DNA from: a virus
Reading direction: 5' to 3' (one strand)
Length of the DNA: 64,000 bases
Virus record (IMG/VR): IMGVR_UViG_3300037262_000003
Coordinates: 46,054-110,053 of that record
Position 1 is the stretch's first letter. Each line of letters opens with the position of its first letter. The notes beneath the pieces were generated by a model. It was not told where the DNA came from. It was given only the letters and a program-made list of their open reading frames with translations, and did no database searches. This document shows, in pieces, positions 27,690 to 36,694 of this stretch. The position numbers were made by a program, and so were the translations under genes.

Positions 27690-28664
27690 ATGAAGAAGCT
27701 ACTAGCCGCTGTTGGTGTTATCGCCATGTCAGCGGCTCTCGGGCTTAGCGCTGCACCGGCTTTTGCGGACACGTCCAGTAGCATTCCCAGCGCAGGGTGG
27801 ATCAGCACGGAGACTGTGCCCGACTACATTCTTGCCAACGATGGACTGAATGTCACATACACGCCCGGAACGGTGGAGTACTCTGCCACCTGGAATCCCA
27901 GGTTCTCTGCCCAGTGGCAGGATGCGTATCTCGTAACGGGATACTCTCACGGTGCCAACTCGACTGCCCAGGCAGGCTCATACGGCAAGTATGTGTACAA
28001 GATGCCCCTTCGAGTTGACGCAGAATCCCAGTTCACAGGCAGTATGACATACAGCACCAGTTCTGACTTCGACGGCCGGCCGGGCTGGGACATCTGGCTG
28101 TCACCAAGCGGAAGTCAGAATGTTGACACGACTGCCGCGACACTGGAAGCCAACCCCCGTACTGTTGAGGTTCTTCTCCAGCCCGGCACCCTCTCTTATG
28201 AGTCCAACCCAGGTTACGACAGGATCTTTTACGGAGTCGGGTCTCTGTCTGACGTGAATATCGGTGAGTACGTCATCAAGGCCCTTGACTACCTCGGGCT
28301 GGACCCGTCAGAGTATTACTGGGCGGCGATCGACGGCGGCGCTGAGATGACACGGGGATCGTTCACTATGGACAGCTACTCGCTATCAGTCGTAACTGAT
28401 CAGACGGTGGGTTCCAAGACTGTCAAGATCCCCGACTGGGGTGCGACGAAGCCCGCGAGTCACAAGGCTGTCAAGACTTACAAGGCTGTGGTGAAGGCTG
28501 TCAAGAAGGTCACCATCAAGGCAACTCCCGTGGCTGCCACAGTCACTGCCGCACAGCCTTCCTCAGGCATCTCAGGGACAGTCCTAGGACTGTTCGGATT
28601 GGGTGCTCTGCTGGCTGCTGCGACTGGCTTCCTGCTCTGGAGGCGTTCGCGTCGTCGGGGTTGA
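27690..28664 (+). CDS. Secreted, C-terminally membrane-anchored GH12-like protein
   Basis: Signal peptide ...PAFA|D; MPLRVD, GWDIWL, VEVLL, YWAAIDGGAEM...MDSYS; TM helix followed by RRSRRRG. Confidence 0.7.
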   Translation: MKKLLAAVGVIAMSAALGLSAAPAFADTSSSIPSAGWISTETVPDYILANDGLNVTYTPGTVEYSATWNPRFSAQWQDAYLVTGYSHGANSTAQAGSYGKYVYKMPLRVDAESQFTGSMTYSTSSDFDGRPGWDIWLSPSGSQNVDTTAATLEANPRTVEVLLQPGTLSYESNPGYDRIFYGVGSLSDVNIGEYVIKALDYLGLDPSEYYWAAIDGGAEMTRGSFTMDSYSLSVVTDQTVGSKTVKIPDWGATKPASHKAVKTYKAVVKAVKKVTIKATPVAATVTAAQPSSGISGTVLGLFGLGALLAAATGFLLWRRSRRRG

Positions 28665-28689
28665 CGTTCGTTGTCATGCCCTGTAGACT
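28661..28689 (+). promoter_or_regulatory. Sigma70-type promoter
   Basis: TTGACG-N17-TAGACT. Confidence 0.7.
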
Positions 28690-28717
28690 TCTCTTACCAA
28701 CGAAAAAGGGAGGCAAG

Positions 28718-28873
28718 ATGGCCGACAAGACAGACGAAAAGATCATTTGCGGGCACACCTGGAAGCAGAAGTACGAGGATGTGTGGCACGTGAACCACAC
28801 GTGCAAGATCAAGATCGTGCCCGGCGTGCCCCACACTGGCTTTCACATCTGTTCATGTGGAAGGGTTGACTAA
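28718..28873 (+). CDS. Cys/His microprotein 1
   Basis: GGGAGG RBS; C..C..H..H.C.C. Confidence 0.6.
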   Translation: MADKTDEKIICGHTWKQKYEDVWHVNHTCKIKIVPGVPHTGFHICSCGRVD

Positions 28874-29046
28874 TGGCAGCTCACCAGCACGACTACAGGT
28901 ACAGCGGTCCTCACGGGGAGACGACCACAGAGAAGGGCAGAACATGGAACGTCATGTACGCCCGATTCGTGTGCAAGAACCGGGAGACGTTCTGCCCTAA
29001 GCCCGTGATGGACAAGCTCATCCGAAAGACGGAGGTCAAGAAGTGA
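28873..29046 (+). CDS. Cys/His microprotein 2
   Basis: TAATG coupling; MAAHQHDY...CKNRETFCP. Confidence 0.6.
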   Translation: MAAHQHDYRYSGPHGETTTEKGRTWNVMYARFVCKNRETFCPKPVMDKLIRKTEVKK

Positions 29047-29234
29047 AGACCGAGCACAACTGCAAGAAGGCTGGCACATGCTCAAGGGTTGACAAGCCCG
29101 GCAGTCCGTGCAAGAGTCAAGACAAGGTTCCCAGCATGGGAGCCATCCACAAGCCCGATCACGATAACGGGTGCCACGCAGGCTGCTGGCCTGACGCTGG
29201 TGGTCCACCAACTAGTCACCGTAAGAGGCGCTAA
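29043..29234 (+). CDS. Cys/His microprotein 3
   Basis: GGAGG RBS, GTGA overlap. Confidence 0.55.
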   Translation: MKTEHNCKKAGTCSRVDKPGSPCKSQDKVPSMGAIHKPDHDNGCHAGCWPDAGGPPTSHRKRR

Positions 29235-29362
29235 TGAGCTGCCCTGGCGAAGCGCCGGACACACTGGTATGCAATGAGCAAGACACGCACGATCCGCATT
29301 TCTGGCAGGAGCCACATTCGGGCATAACCATGTGGTGTCCGGGTCATACTGAGATCCCATAG
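29234..29362 (+). CDS. Cys/His microprotein 4
   Basis: TAATG coupling; CNEQDTHDPH...WCPG. Confidence 0.6.
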   Translation: MSCPGEAPDTLVCNEQDTHDPHFWQEPHSGITMWCPGHTEIP

Positions 29363-29370
29363 GAGGAACT

Positions 29371-29577
29371 ATGTCAGCACCAAAGCCGCGTTGGGCCAAG
29401 CCCGACGCTCCCAAGTCTGCCAAAAAGTGCCCGCCCCATGACATGAAGGAGGTTCACAAGTCCGTGGGCTTCAAGGGCTGGGGCAAGAACAAGAAGAAGA
29501 TCACAACCAAGTACTTTGAGTGCAAGCGCCCAGGGTGCGACCACGAGGACACCGACGTGACGGAGGTAACAATCTGA
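29371..29577 (+). CDS. Cys/His microprotein 5
   Basis: AGGAGG RBS; CPPH...CKRPGC. Confidence 0.6.
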   Translation: MSAPKPRWAKPDAPKSAKKCPPHDMKEVHKSVGFKGWGKNKKKITTKYFECKRPGCDHEDTDVTEVTI

Positions 29578-29777
29578 TGGGACTAGACGACATGGCGAAG
29601 AAGGCCCTCGCAAGCGCCGTACACAACATCAGGAAGGGCGCTAGCAGGCACTACTGCCCGGCCACCAAGGGAAATCACAAGATGGGTCATTCCGATATGG
29701 GCGGGGGCTGGAAGGTTCTCCACTGCACCGAGTGCGGATGGTTCGACCCCAAGAAGCACCAGCACTTCTTGGGGTAG
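29577..29777 (+). CDS. Cys/His microprotein 6
   Basis: TGATG coupling; CP....H...CTECG. Confidence 0.6.
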   Translation: MGLDDMAKKALASAVHNIRKGASRHYCPATKGNHKMGHSDMGGGWKVLHCTECGWFDPKKHQHFLG

Positions 29778-29785
29778 GAGACACT

Positions 29786-29944
29786 GTGCCTAGGATCAAC
29801 ACGTGGCACTGCGGCAAGAAGGACGACCACCCTGGGCACCACTACCGCAGGCCGGGAAAGCTTCACGGGCGACCCGCTGTGATCAGGCTGTGGTGCCCAG
29901 GTGGCCCTTTCAAGCCGCAGGGCAAGAATCCCCCGGAGGAGTGA
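29786..29944 (+). CDS. Cys/His microprotein 7
   Basis: AGGAG RBS; CGKKDDHPGH...WCPG. Confidence 0.6.
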   Translation: MPRINTWHCGKKDDHPGHHYRRPGKLHGRPAVIRLWCPGGPFKPQGKNPPEE

Positions 29945-29945
29945 C

Positions 29946-30074
29946 ATGGCTGATCTATCGAAGTGTACTTCCAAGAAGTGCGTTCACACCAAAAAGGGCG
30001 GGCACTGCGATAACGCCTGGTGTGGTAACTGGTGGGGGGCTTGCTTTGTACACAACGGGATGATCAAGTCTTGA
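29946..30074 (+). CDS. Cys/His microprotein 8
   Basis: GGAGGAG RBS; MADLSKCTSKKCVH...HCDNAWC...CFVH. Confidence 0.6.
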   Translation: MADLSKCTSKKCVHTKKGGHCDNAWCGNWWGACFVHNGMIKS

Positions 30075-30099
30075 CACTGGCCACAGCATCTGATAGGAT
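30071..30099 (+). promoter_or_regulatory. Sigma70-type promoter for a leaderless mRNA
   Basis: TTGACA-N17-TAGGAT-N6-ATG. Confidence 0.7.
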
Positions 30100-30105
30100 A
30101 TAGCC

Positions 30106-30264
30106 ATGATCAAGATTGTCGAAATGTCCGAAGAGGACGCAGCCACCATTAACAAGTTTGCTGGTGGTGGCACCGAAATTGTACAGTACCTGGGAGCGGG
30201 CCAGGCAGCGGCGCATGTAGAACCCATTGAGGAGGGTGATGGCGAAGCCAGGCCCGAAGCCTGA
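30106..30264 (+). CDS. Small acidic leaderless ORF
   Basis: MIKIVEMSEED...; ATG at the predicted transcription start. Confidence 0.5.
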   Translation: MIKIVEMSEEDAATINKFAGGGTEIVQYLGAGQAAAHVEPIEEGDGEARPEA

Positions 30265-30784
30265 TCCTTCTAAGCCCAACAGCAGGTACAACCCGGCCTC
30301 CCGGCACACACCGGGAGGCTCATCTATCTGTGGGTCCGGGCATGAATGGGTCGAAGGTTCGTATAAGCTACGCGGGGATGGCAAGAAGATTTGCCTGATC
30401 TGCATCGAAGAACGCAAGGGAGACACGTGTAAGGCTGGCCACAGTCGGGAAGAGTTCCAGAACAAGTACGGAGCATGTCGGGCGTGCCAGGCTGAGAAGA
30501 TGGTCGCACGGAGGCTCATGGAGAAGTATGGTTTGACACCTGAGGCACTTGAGGATATGATCAAGGCACAGGACGGACGGTGTGCAGTATGTAGGGAAGA
30601 GTTCGACGCAGAGAAGCACAATGGAATCTGCGTAGATCACGACCACTCGTGCTGCCCCGGAGAAAAGACTTGCGGAAAGTGCGTAAGAGGGATACTATGT
30701 GATTGCTGCAACAAGCTTCTAGGAAACGCTCGTGATAGCGTGGAGATCTTGGAAGCAGCAGTCAAGTATCTGTTGGAGAACTGA
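30239..30784 (+). CDS. Endonuclease VII-family (homing-type) endonuclease
   Basis: KYGLT...QDGRCAVC...VDHDH...RGILCDCCNKLLG. Confidence 0.85.
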   Translation: MAKPGPKPDPSKPNSRYNPASRHTPGGSSICGSGHEWVEGSYKLRGDGKKICLICIEERKGDTCKAGHSREEFQNKYGACRACQAEKMVARRLMEKYGLTPEALEDMIKAQDGRCAVCREEFDAEKHNGICVDHDHSCCPGEKTCGKCVRGILCDCCNKLLGNARDSVEILEAAVKYLLEN

Positions 30785-30811
30785 AAAAGCCCCCTCGTAA
30801 GAGGGGGCCTT
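30785..30811. terminator. Terminator between convergent genes
   Basis: GCCCCCTC GTAA GAGGGGGC preceded by an A run (U tail on the minus strand). Confidence 0.75.
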
Positions 30812-30846
30812 GACAGATGAAGGGATAACCGATACGATCTAATTGG

Positions 30847-31893
30847 TTAGTTCGTTCGGGCGATGACCACAGCCTGGTCTGTTATGAGGCCGAGACCCCA
30901 GATACTATACCAGGCTAGTCCGTGCTCACGGCCGTAGTCAAGGATTCCCGCATCGCGAAGCTCTACAGGGAGTGAGATGGCGTGACCGAACGCGTTGTCA
31001 CCGATGAAGATAGCGTCGTAGTACAGCGCTGTGTTTCCACCAGTAACGCCCGAGTAAGCATTGCTTACAAGGTCGTTCCAGACCTGAGTCGTCTCGATGA
31101 ACACGATATCGTTGATACGCCCGATCTCACCGAGCATGAAATTCCCCGGGGCCGCGTACTTGGTGACTTCGATCCATTCCGGGTCATCACGTAGCTGACG
31201 GCTCTGGTGAGGGTGAACGAATCCTACGTACGAATCCCCTAGCCTCGGGACGTTCTTTGTCGCTAGAGTCTCAGCGACGTCCTTCGTAACCGCAGCGGTC
31301 ATGGCGTAGTTACCCACGGCCAGACCAGTGTAGGTTGATGCAGAGGTACCAGTTGCGCCCGTTGCGGGCACACCGTGGTCGTACGGGCTGAGCGGAGTAC
31401 GAACAGCGCTAGCAAGAGCTGGCTTGTTGTAACCGAACAGCATGGAAGTCGCCTGACGCAGTGTGTCACGAGCTGAACCGTCAAGGTACAGCGCCATGTT
31501 ACGTCCGAGAAGACGAGCAGCGGATGCCATAACGTCATCGAAGGAAGCGTTCAGAAGAAGCTCGGTAACGGCAACGGCAAAGCCCTGCTCAGCTACTGAG
31601 ATGTCGAACTGCGAAGCGGTAAGAGCGACCGGCTCCATACGTACGCCTTCAACAAGCTGTGCCGCAGCAGGCAGGTTGTTGTATCGCATGAAATGGATGG
31701 TCAGACCTGGCTGAACACCAAGCTCTGTCTTCTTTACAGCGAATTGTTCAAAACGAAGCGTGGGCATCGCCATAAACAAAATTTCCTTGCTCCACAGTTC
31801 CTGGACGGCTGGTGTGAGCTGGGAGTTGGCACCGCTATACGCAGACGGGCTACCCGCTAGGAAGCCCGAACCGGTGATTGCTGATCCTGCCAT
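30847..31893 (-). CDS. Major capsid protein (N4-gp56 family)
   Basis: WSKEILF..MP.LRFEQFAVKKTELG, FVHPHQ..LR, GEIGR, DYGREH..AWY. Confidence 0.95.
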   Translation of the reverse strand: MAGSAITGSGFLAGSPSAYSGANSQLTPAVQELWSKEILFMAMPTLRFEQFAVKKTELGVQPGLTIHFMRYNNLPAAAQLVEGVRMEPVALTASQFDISVAEQGFAVAVTELLLNASFDDVMASAARLLGRNMALYLDGSARDTLRQATSMLFGYNKPALASAVRTPLSPYDHGVPATGATGTSASTYTGLAVGNYAMTAAVTKDVAETLATKNVPRLGDSYVGFVHPHQSRQLRDDPEWIEVTKYAAPGNFMLGEIGRINDIVFIETTQVWNDLVSNAYSGVTGGNTALYYDAIFIGDNAFGHAISLPVELRDAGILDYGREHGLAWYSIWGLGLITDQAVVIARTN

Positions 31894-32001
31894 CTACGTT
31901 CCTTCTATGTAGGGAGAGGCAGCGCCTACAAAGTCTGCCAACACTTCTGAGTTTACAGCAAGTGTTTGTGTTGTTTTGTAGGCGCTACCCGTTAGTTACT
32001 A

Positions 32002-32757
32002 TTAGTCGAACAGTCCACGGCCTGAGCCAGTAGGCATGTTTACCTTCTTACGCAGGGCTGCGAACTCCTGCATTGACATCCCACGGATGTCTTCTGCTGA
32101 GAGCTGACGGTCGCCCGGCTGGTCCATAATGGTCACTCCGTTGGTTCCCGATGAGGGAGCCACGCCTGGCATCTGACGCTGCTGGCCCATTCGCGCATTA
32201 CGCGCCGACTCAGCGATAGCAGCACTCTTCTCCTTAAGGATCTGAATGCTGGCCTCTACCTCTTCGGCAGTGTTGCCGTTGATGAAGTCGATAAGCTCAG
32301 GAACGATGTTGGAGTTTTCCTCCGCTGCCCGGCGCTGGATGTAAGCCTCTAGGCGTGCTGCCTCGTTGGCCTTCTCAAGCATCGCCACACGAAGCTCGTT
32401 CTCTGCCTGGATCTGCTCAATGCGTGCATTGAAGTCAGCGTCACGCTTGGCGATAAGATCCTTGGCAGACATCTCTGCCTCTTCCTTGGCACGCTGAGCG
32501 TCCTCCACGGCCTTTAGACGAGACTGCTCGTCCTTCTCTGCCTTCTTACGGAACGCAGACAGCTCCTTGACTTCTGCCTCCATAGCGGCTGCCCGCTCGT
32601 CGGCCTTGCTGATGGTCGGGTAAAGCTTGTCCTTCTCCTGCTGACGGGCCTTCTCGATCATGGCCTGAACGTCTGCCTCGGTGAAGTACTTAGTCTCGCC
32701 CGCTGGCTTAGCAGGAGCGACTGCCGGGTCAGTAACCGGCTCTGCTGGCATAGTCAT
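32002..32757 (-). CDS. Scaffolding protein
   Basis: Coiled coil; ARQQEKDKLYP; immediately upstream of the capsid gene. Confidence 0.8.
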   Translation of the reverse strand: MTMPAEPVTDPAVAPAKPAGETKYFTEADVQAMIEKARQQEKDKLYPTISKADERAAAMEAEVKELSAFRKKAEKDEQSRLKAVEDAQRAKEEAEMSAKDLIAKRDADFNARIEQIQAENELRVAMLEKANEAARLEAYIQRRAAEENSNIVPELIDFINGNTAEEVEASIQILKEKSAAIAESARNARMGQQRQMPGVAPSSGTNGVTIMDQPGDRQLSAEDIRGMSMQEFAALRKKVNMPTGSGRGLFD

Positions 32758-32795
32758 GTTATCCCTTTTCCGAATGAGTTCCACTAATAGAGATT

Positions 32796-34592
32796 CTATC
32801 CTATGGAATCCAACCCTGGTGATTCAGGATTGGAAGCCACCTGACGACGCTGCGGAAGCTTAGTACCGAATGCCTGCGTTACAAGATCAGCCATGAGGTT
32901 AGCCTGTGATCCGTCTACGGCCTGGGCGATGTCACCCATGCCCGGCATCGGAGTCAGCGGGGACTGACCCGTTGGACCGACTGTCGGACCCTTGTCTGTG
33001 GTCTTCTTGGTAGTCGTTCCCGTAGAAGACTTAGACGTGCTCTCAGTATGCTCGCCCGAGTCAACAGGCTGGGCACCGCCGTCTGGCACTACGCCAGTCA
33101 GCATGATGATCGCAGCATCGATCTGAGCGTTGAGGATACGCTGGGCACCAGCCATCTTGGTGTCATCGATCTGCTCCATGAAGAGTTCCTGTAGCTTCTC
33201 ATCAGGGAACTGCTCACCAAGCTTGCGCAGAGCGCCAGCCTTAGACTCAAGGCCGAGCTGTAGCTCAGTCATGATCTCGTTGAGAACGACGAGCTGGTCC
33301 TGTGGCAGCGGCGGCGGGAACATGACTTCGATGTTGTAGATAGCTGGATCGAGAATGTCGATGTACGGAGGCTGACCCTCACGCATGATGCCGTCAGTGC
33401 TCGGATTGTAGACAGCCTGGTCGGGCTCGAAGAACAGCAGAGTCTTCAATGACATCTGGGAGATCTTACGGAAGCCATTGCCGTACTGAGTCTTCTTAAG
33501 ACTGTACTTCAGCATTGTAGGAAAGTACTGGATTGCGAGAGCTACGCCCGAGGTATTAGAGATCTGCTGCTCAGCTCCCATGGCATTCTGGGGCACACCC
33601 ATTAGCTCATGCATCCAGAGCTTGAGCATCTGCATGAACTCTATGGCAGGAGCAAGACCATCCGCACCACCAGTAAGGTTCTCTACACGAGCGTCCTTCT
33701 GCGGCAGAGCCCAGACCTTGTTGGCACCCATCTCAAGGTTGGCTGCCTTAGCTCCGGTGATGATGGTGATAGGTGCGACGTGGTAGTTGATGATGTCAAG
33801 GATGTCTGTGGCTAGTTCGTTGAACGTACGGTTTAGCGGAATGATGTCCTGTACGTCTGAAAGACCCCACGGGGATGCAGCCACGGGCTTGTTAGCGATA
33901 TGCACAATAGGAATGAAGCCAAGCGGGTTCGGACGGCGATCGATGAGTTCGTCATTAACGTATTCCTCAATGTACTGGTCAGTTAGTATTTCTACGTAGG
34001 TGTTAACCATACGTGTGCCCTCCGGGGCAGTACTCCAAAAGCGGTACTTGAGCTTGAACCGGATCATGCGATCCTTGTCATGCGGGTGCCACTCGGGATA
34101 GCAGAATGAGGGGTTGATCGGTAGGATACGGACGCGGCCCGGCTCTATCTCACCTGTCGCCACGTTCTCGTACTCGGGCTCGTATGCGATCTTGACGAAG
34201 ACGTCACCATAGACAGATCCTAGGTTTCCCATGCCCCATAGGAGATCGTCCTTGCGGTTGTCCTGATTCCAGATTCTCTCAAGCAATGCAGGAGTGATGT
34301 GGGTAAACTCAGGATCGACCTGGAACATCACGCTCTTGCCGAAGGTGAAGTTAGTCAGATAGTCAGAGAACGCTGCTACGTAATTCGCTGTGATCTGAGG
34401 CTCACCAGGAGCACGACGGTAGGCCCAGTGGTGACCTAGATAGAACGCTGCCGCGTTAGAGTAACGAGTCAGTCTCGGGCCGTGAACTTCAAATTCTTCA
34501 TCGCTCAGCTCGATAAGGCCGAGTGGGGACACACTGATGGTAAGGTCAGTGCCCGCTGCCCTCATGGACGGGCTAATGAAATCCAGTGCCAC
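32796..34592 (-). CDS. Portal protein
   Basis: FYLGHHW, GDVFVK, NPLGFIPIVH, SNTSGVAL. Confidence 0.9.
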   Translation of the reverse strand: MALDFISPSMRAAGTDLTISVSPLGLIELSDEEFEVHGPRLTRYSNAAAFYLGHHWAYRRAPGEPQITANYVAAFSDYLTNFTFGKSVMFQVDPEFTHITPALLERIWNQDNRKDDLLWGMGNLGSVYGDVFVKIAYEPEYENVATGEIEPGRVRILPINPSFCYPEWHPHDKDRMIRFKLKYRFWSTAPEGTRMVNTYVEILTDQYIEEYVNDELIDRRPNPLGFIPIVHIANKPVAASPWGLSDVQDIIPLNRTFNELATDILDIINYHVAPITIITGAKAANLEMGANKVWALPQKDARVENLTGGADGLAPAIEFMQMLKLWMHELMGVPQNAMGAEQQISNTSGVALAIQYFPTMLKYSLKKTQYGNGFRKISQMSLKTLLFFEPDQAVYNPSTDGIMREGQPPYIDILDPAIYNIEVMFPPPLPQDQLVVLNEIMTELQLGLESKAGALRKLGEQFPDEKLQELFMEQIDDTKMAGAQRILNAQIDAAIIMLTGVVPDGGAQPVDSGEHTESTSKSSTGTTTKKTTDKGPTVGPTGQSPLTPMPGMGDIAQAVDGSQANLMADLVTQAFGTKLPQRRQVASNPESPGLDSIG

Positions 34593-34666
34593 AGTATCTC
34601 CTAATGATGTCTCAGTTAAGTATAACCGTACCACCCTTGACTTCTCGACTAGGGTAGGGTAGAGTC

Positions 34667-35527
34667 ATGACCACAACGAACAAGGAGGAACATTTGGAAG
34701 ACATAACAGCAGACGAGGACTTCCTTGCCAAGTACGTGACGTGGGCTCTCTGGGCTCTTGCGATCATCGTCATCCTCGCAACGGTCACGGGCCAGATCGA
34801 GTCCTACGACGGGCTGTACATCTGGTTCGCGACACACCACATCACAGGGATCTGGGCGGACTTCGCACCCCTCGCTGTAGACGGCCTCACGGTAGTAGGA
34901 GAGTTGGCTATCTTCGCTGCCATAGCCCGAGCATGGGAGTGGAAGAGTCGAATCATTCCGTGGCTGTCCGCTGGCCTGGGATTCTTCGCCTCTGTAGCTG
35001 CCAACGTCGGTGACAAGGTTCAGTTCCACAGCATTCCCACCGACCTGACGGGCGCAGTCTTCCCTATCGTCGGAGCATTCGGAATCGTCATAGGACTAGG
35101 TGTCCTCAAGAGGATAGCCAAGGACCATGACGAGAAGAAGGCTAAGGACAAGCTCAAGCTAGGTCTTACGCCCGAGCAGATCTCAGCTCAGCTACTCAAG
35201 GATAATCAGGAGTTGCAGCGCAAGCTCAACCAGGCCGCACCGGTAGTGGTGGACATCTCGCCTACGCCCGAAGACGGTCCTGGGTACTGGAACGCTAACC
35301 CGCAGATCTCACCTGAGGATCTAAAGGGACGTGTTCACGTCGGTGAGCCGGTGGAGATCAAGGGACTGGACGTGCTCATCCCCCCAAAGGACCCCACTGT
35401 GGTTGCACCTGCTGCCGCGCCCGTAGTCGTGTCTCGGGAAGAAGCCCGTAGGCGTCAGACTGCCGCCGATCGTGGCCTGCTGACGAACACGGGCCAATGG
35501 CAGGCTATTCCGGACGAACTCGCGTAG
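34667..35527 (+). CDS. DUF2637/Spd-like multi-TM protein
   Basis: Four hydrophobic helices; SYDGL, PLAVDG, SVAANV. Confidence 0.65.
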   Translation: MTTTNKEEHLEDITADEDFLAKYVTWALWALAIIVILATVTGQIESYDGLYIWFATHHITGIWADFAPLAVDGLTVVGELAIFAAIARAWEWKSRIIPWLSAGLGFFASVAANVGDKVQFHSIPTDLTGAVFPIVGAFGIVIGLGVLKRIAKDHDEKKAKDKLKLGLTPEQISAQLLKDNQELQRKLNQAAPVVVDISPTPEDGPGYWNANPQISPEDLKGRVHVGEPVEIKGLDVLIPPKDPTVVAPAAAPVVVSREEARRRQTAADRGLLTNTGQWQAIPDELA

Positions 35528-35993
35528 CATTGTAAGACTGATCAGAGAATCGACGGTTCTGACCGCTAGAGACCAGGCGATCGTATGCAGATACGGAGCC
35601 GGGCACTCGGCGGTCAGCTTCGTTTTCGGCGTAGGCTTCGACCTTGCCACGCTTCTGACGATCAAACATGGCATCCTCGAACTGCACCGGATTGACACGA
35701 TGCTGGGATGCATGATGGGCTTCGTGGACTAGCAGTCTACGGCCCTGCAAGGCACGCTGAGGGTCTGGATGCCCGACCATGGTACTAGGTGATCCTTGAA
35801 GGTTGATTGACCTGTCAGTGGATCTGTACGCCCCGGCAGTGGGCTGATCCTGGTTGAAGCGCCAGTTCTGAATGTGCTGAACGGTCTCAATAGGCACACG
35901 ATGCGTCAGGAGGGCAGCAGCCAGAGTCTTGTGCTCGAATGGCTGACTGACACCGTTGATGGCGTCGGAGTAGTCGTTTACCGTATGTGGCAT
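35505..35993 (-). CDS. Putative zincin metallopeptidase
   Basis: AGAY, LLVHEAHH, downstream EAYAE. Confidence 0.6.
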   Translation of the reverse strand: MPHTVNDYSDAINGVSQPFEHKTLAAALLTHRVPIETVQHIQNWRFNQDQPTAGAYRSTDRSINLQGSPSTMVGHPDPQRALQGRRLLVHEAHHASQHRVNPVQFEDAMFDRQKRGKVEAYAENEADRRVPGSVSAYDRLVSSGQNRRFSDQSYNATRVRPE

Positions 35994-35996
35994 GAC

Positions 35997-36248
35997 TTAC
36001 TCCTGAGTGCCGTAAATGAAATTCTTGTATTCCTCAATGGATTCAAAGTCGCCCTGACCAGCGTCCCTCTGACGCTGACGCTGTACTGCTGTGGTCTTGA
36101 TCTTGCGATCTACATCTGCCCGACGATATGCAGGTGTCGCACCCATGATGTGACGGTTGGCCTCAGTCACGGCTGCCTTGTCTAGGGACACGCCAGAGTC
36201 CCCCTCCGCGAACGGAGAGGGACGCCTGTCGTTGTAGAACTTGGCCAC
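35997..36248 (-). CDS. Hypothetical protein
   Basis: AAGGAA RBS before GTG. Confidence 0.55.
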   Translation of the reverse strand: MAKFYNDRRPSPFAEGDSGVSLDKAAVTEANRHIMGATPAYRRADVDRKIKTTAVQRQRQRDAGQGDFESIEEYKNFIYGTQE

Positions 36249-36258
36249 AGCCTGTTCC

Positions 36259-36669
36259 TTAGTCGAGCACCTGTGCTGCATTGCGACGACGGTAGCCCGA
36301 ACCGTCACGGTTGACCTGGATGTAGGTCTGCTCTGCCTCAGGTGAAGATCCGCCTAGAAAGCCCTGTAGGTACGTCGGGCTCTCAGTCCAAGAAGCTGAA
36401 CCTGGGTGAACACGCTCACGCATGGTCTCCTCGGCTGGCTTCTCATAGACGTTCATGTTATGCCCGCGAGGATCAGTTGAGTAACCCTGCTGCATACCAA
36501 AGACGAACTGACCAGGGATGTCAGTGTCAGTCGCAAGCCCCTCTTCGAAACGCATAGGGCCACGGCCACCCGGCATGTCCGGAGCGATCTTGACCTCATA
36601 GACAGAAGAGATCTGCTGGGGGGCCTGGATTGCCGGTGCCAGCGGGCTAGAGTTTACTGCCTCAGCCAT
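36259..36669 (-). CDS. Head-module protein, unknown
   Basis: GPMRFEEGLATDTD...ETMRERVHPGSASW. Confidence 0.65.
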   Translation of the reverse strand: MAEAVNSSPLAPAIQAPQQISSVYEVKIAPDMPGGRGPMRFEEGLATDTDIPGQFVFGMQQGYSTDPRGHNMNVYEKPAEETMRERVHPGSASWTESPTYLQGFLGGSSPEAEQTYIQVNRDGSGYRRRNAAQVLD

Positions 36670-36694
36670 TGTGTTTCCTTTCGACACTTACAGT

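Noticed and set aside
30819-30833. GAAGGGATAACCGAT shared with 19000-19014 (opposite strand)
   Set aside because: Only two full copies, and the motif doubles as an RBS; insufficient for an operator call
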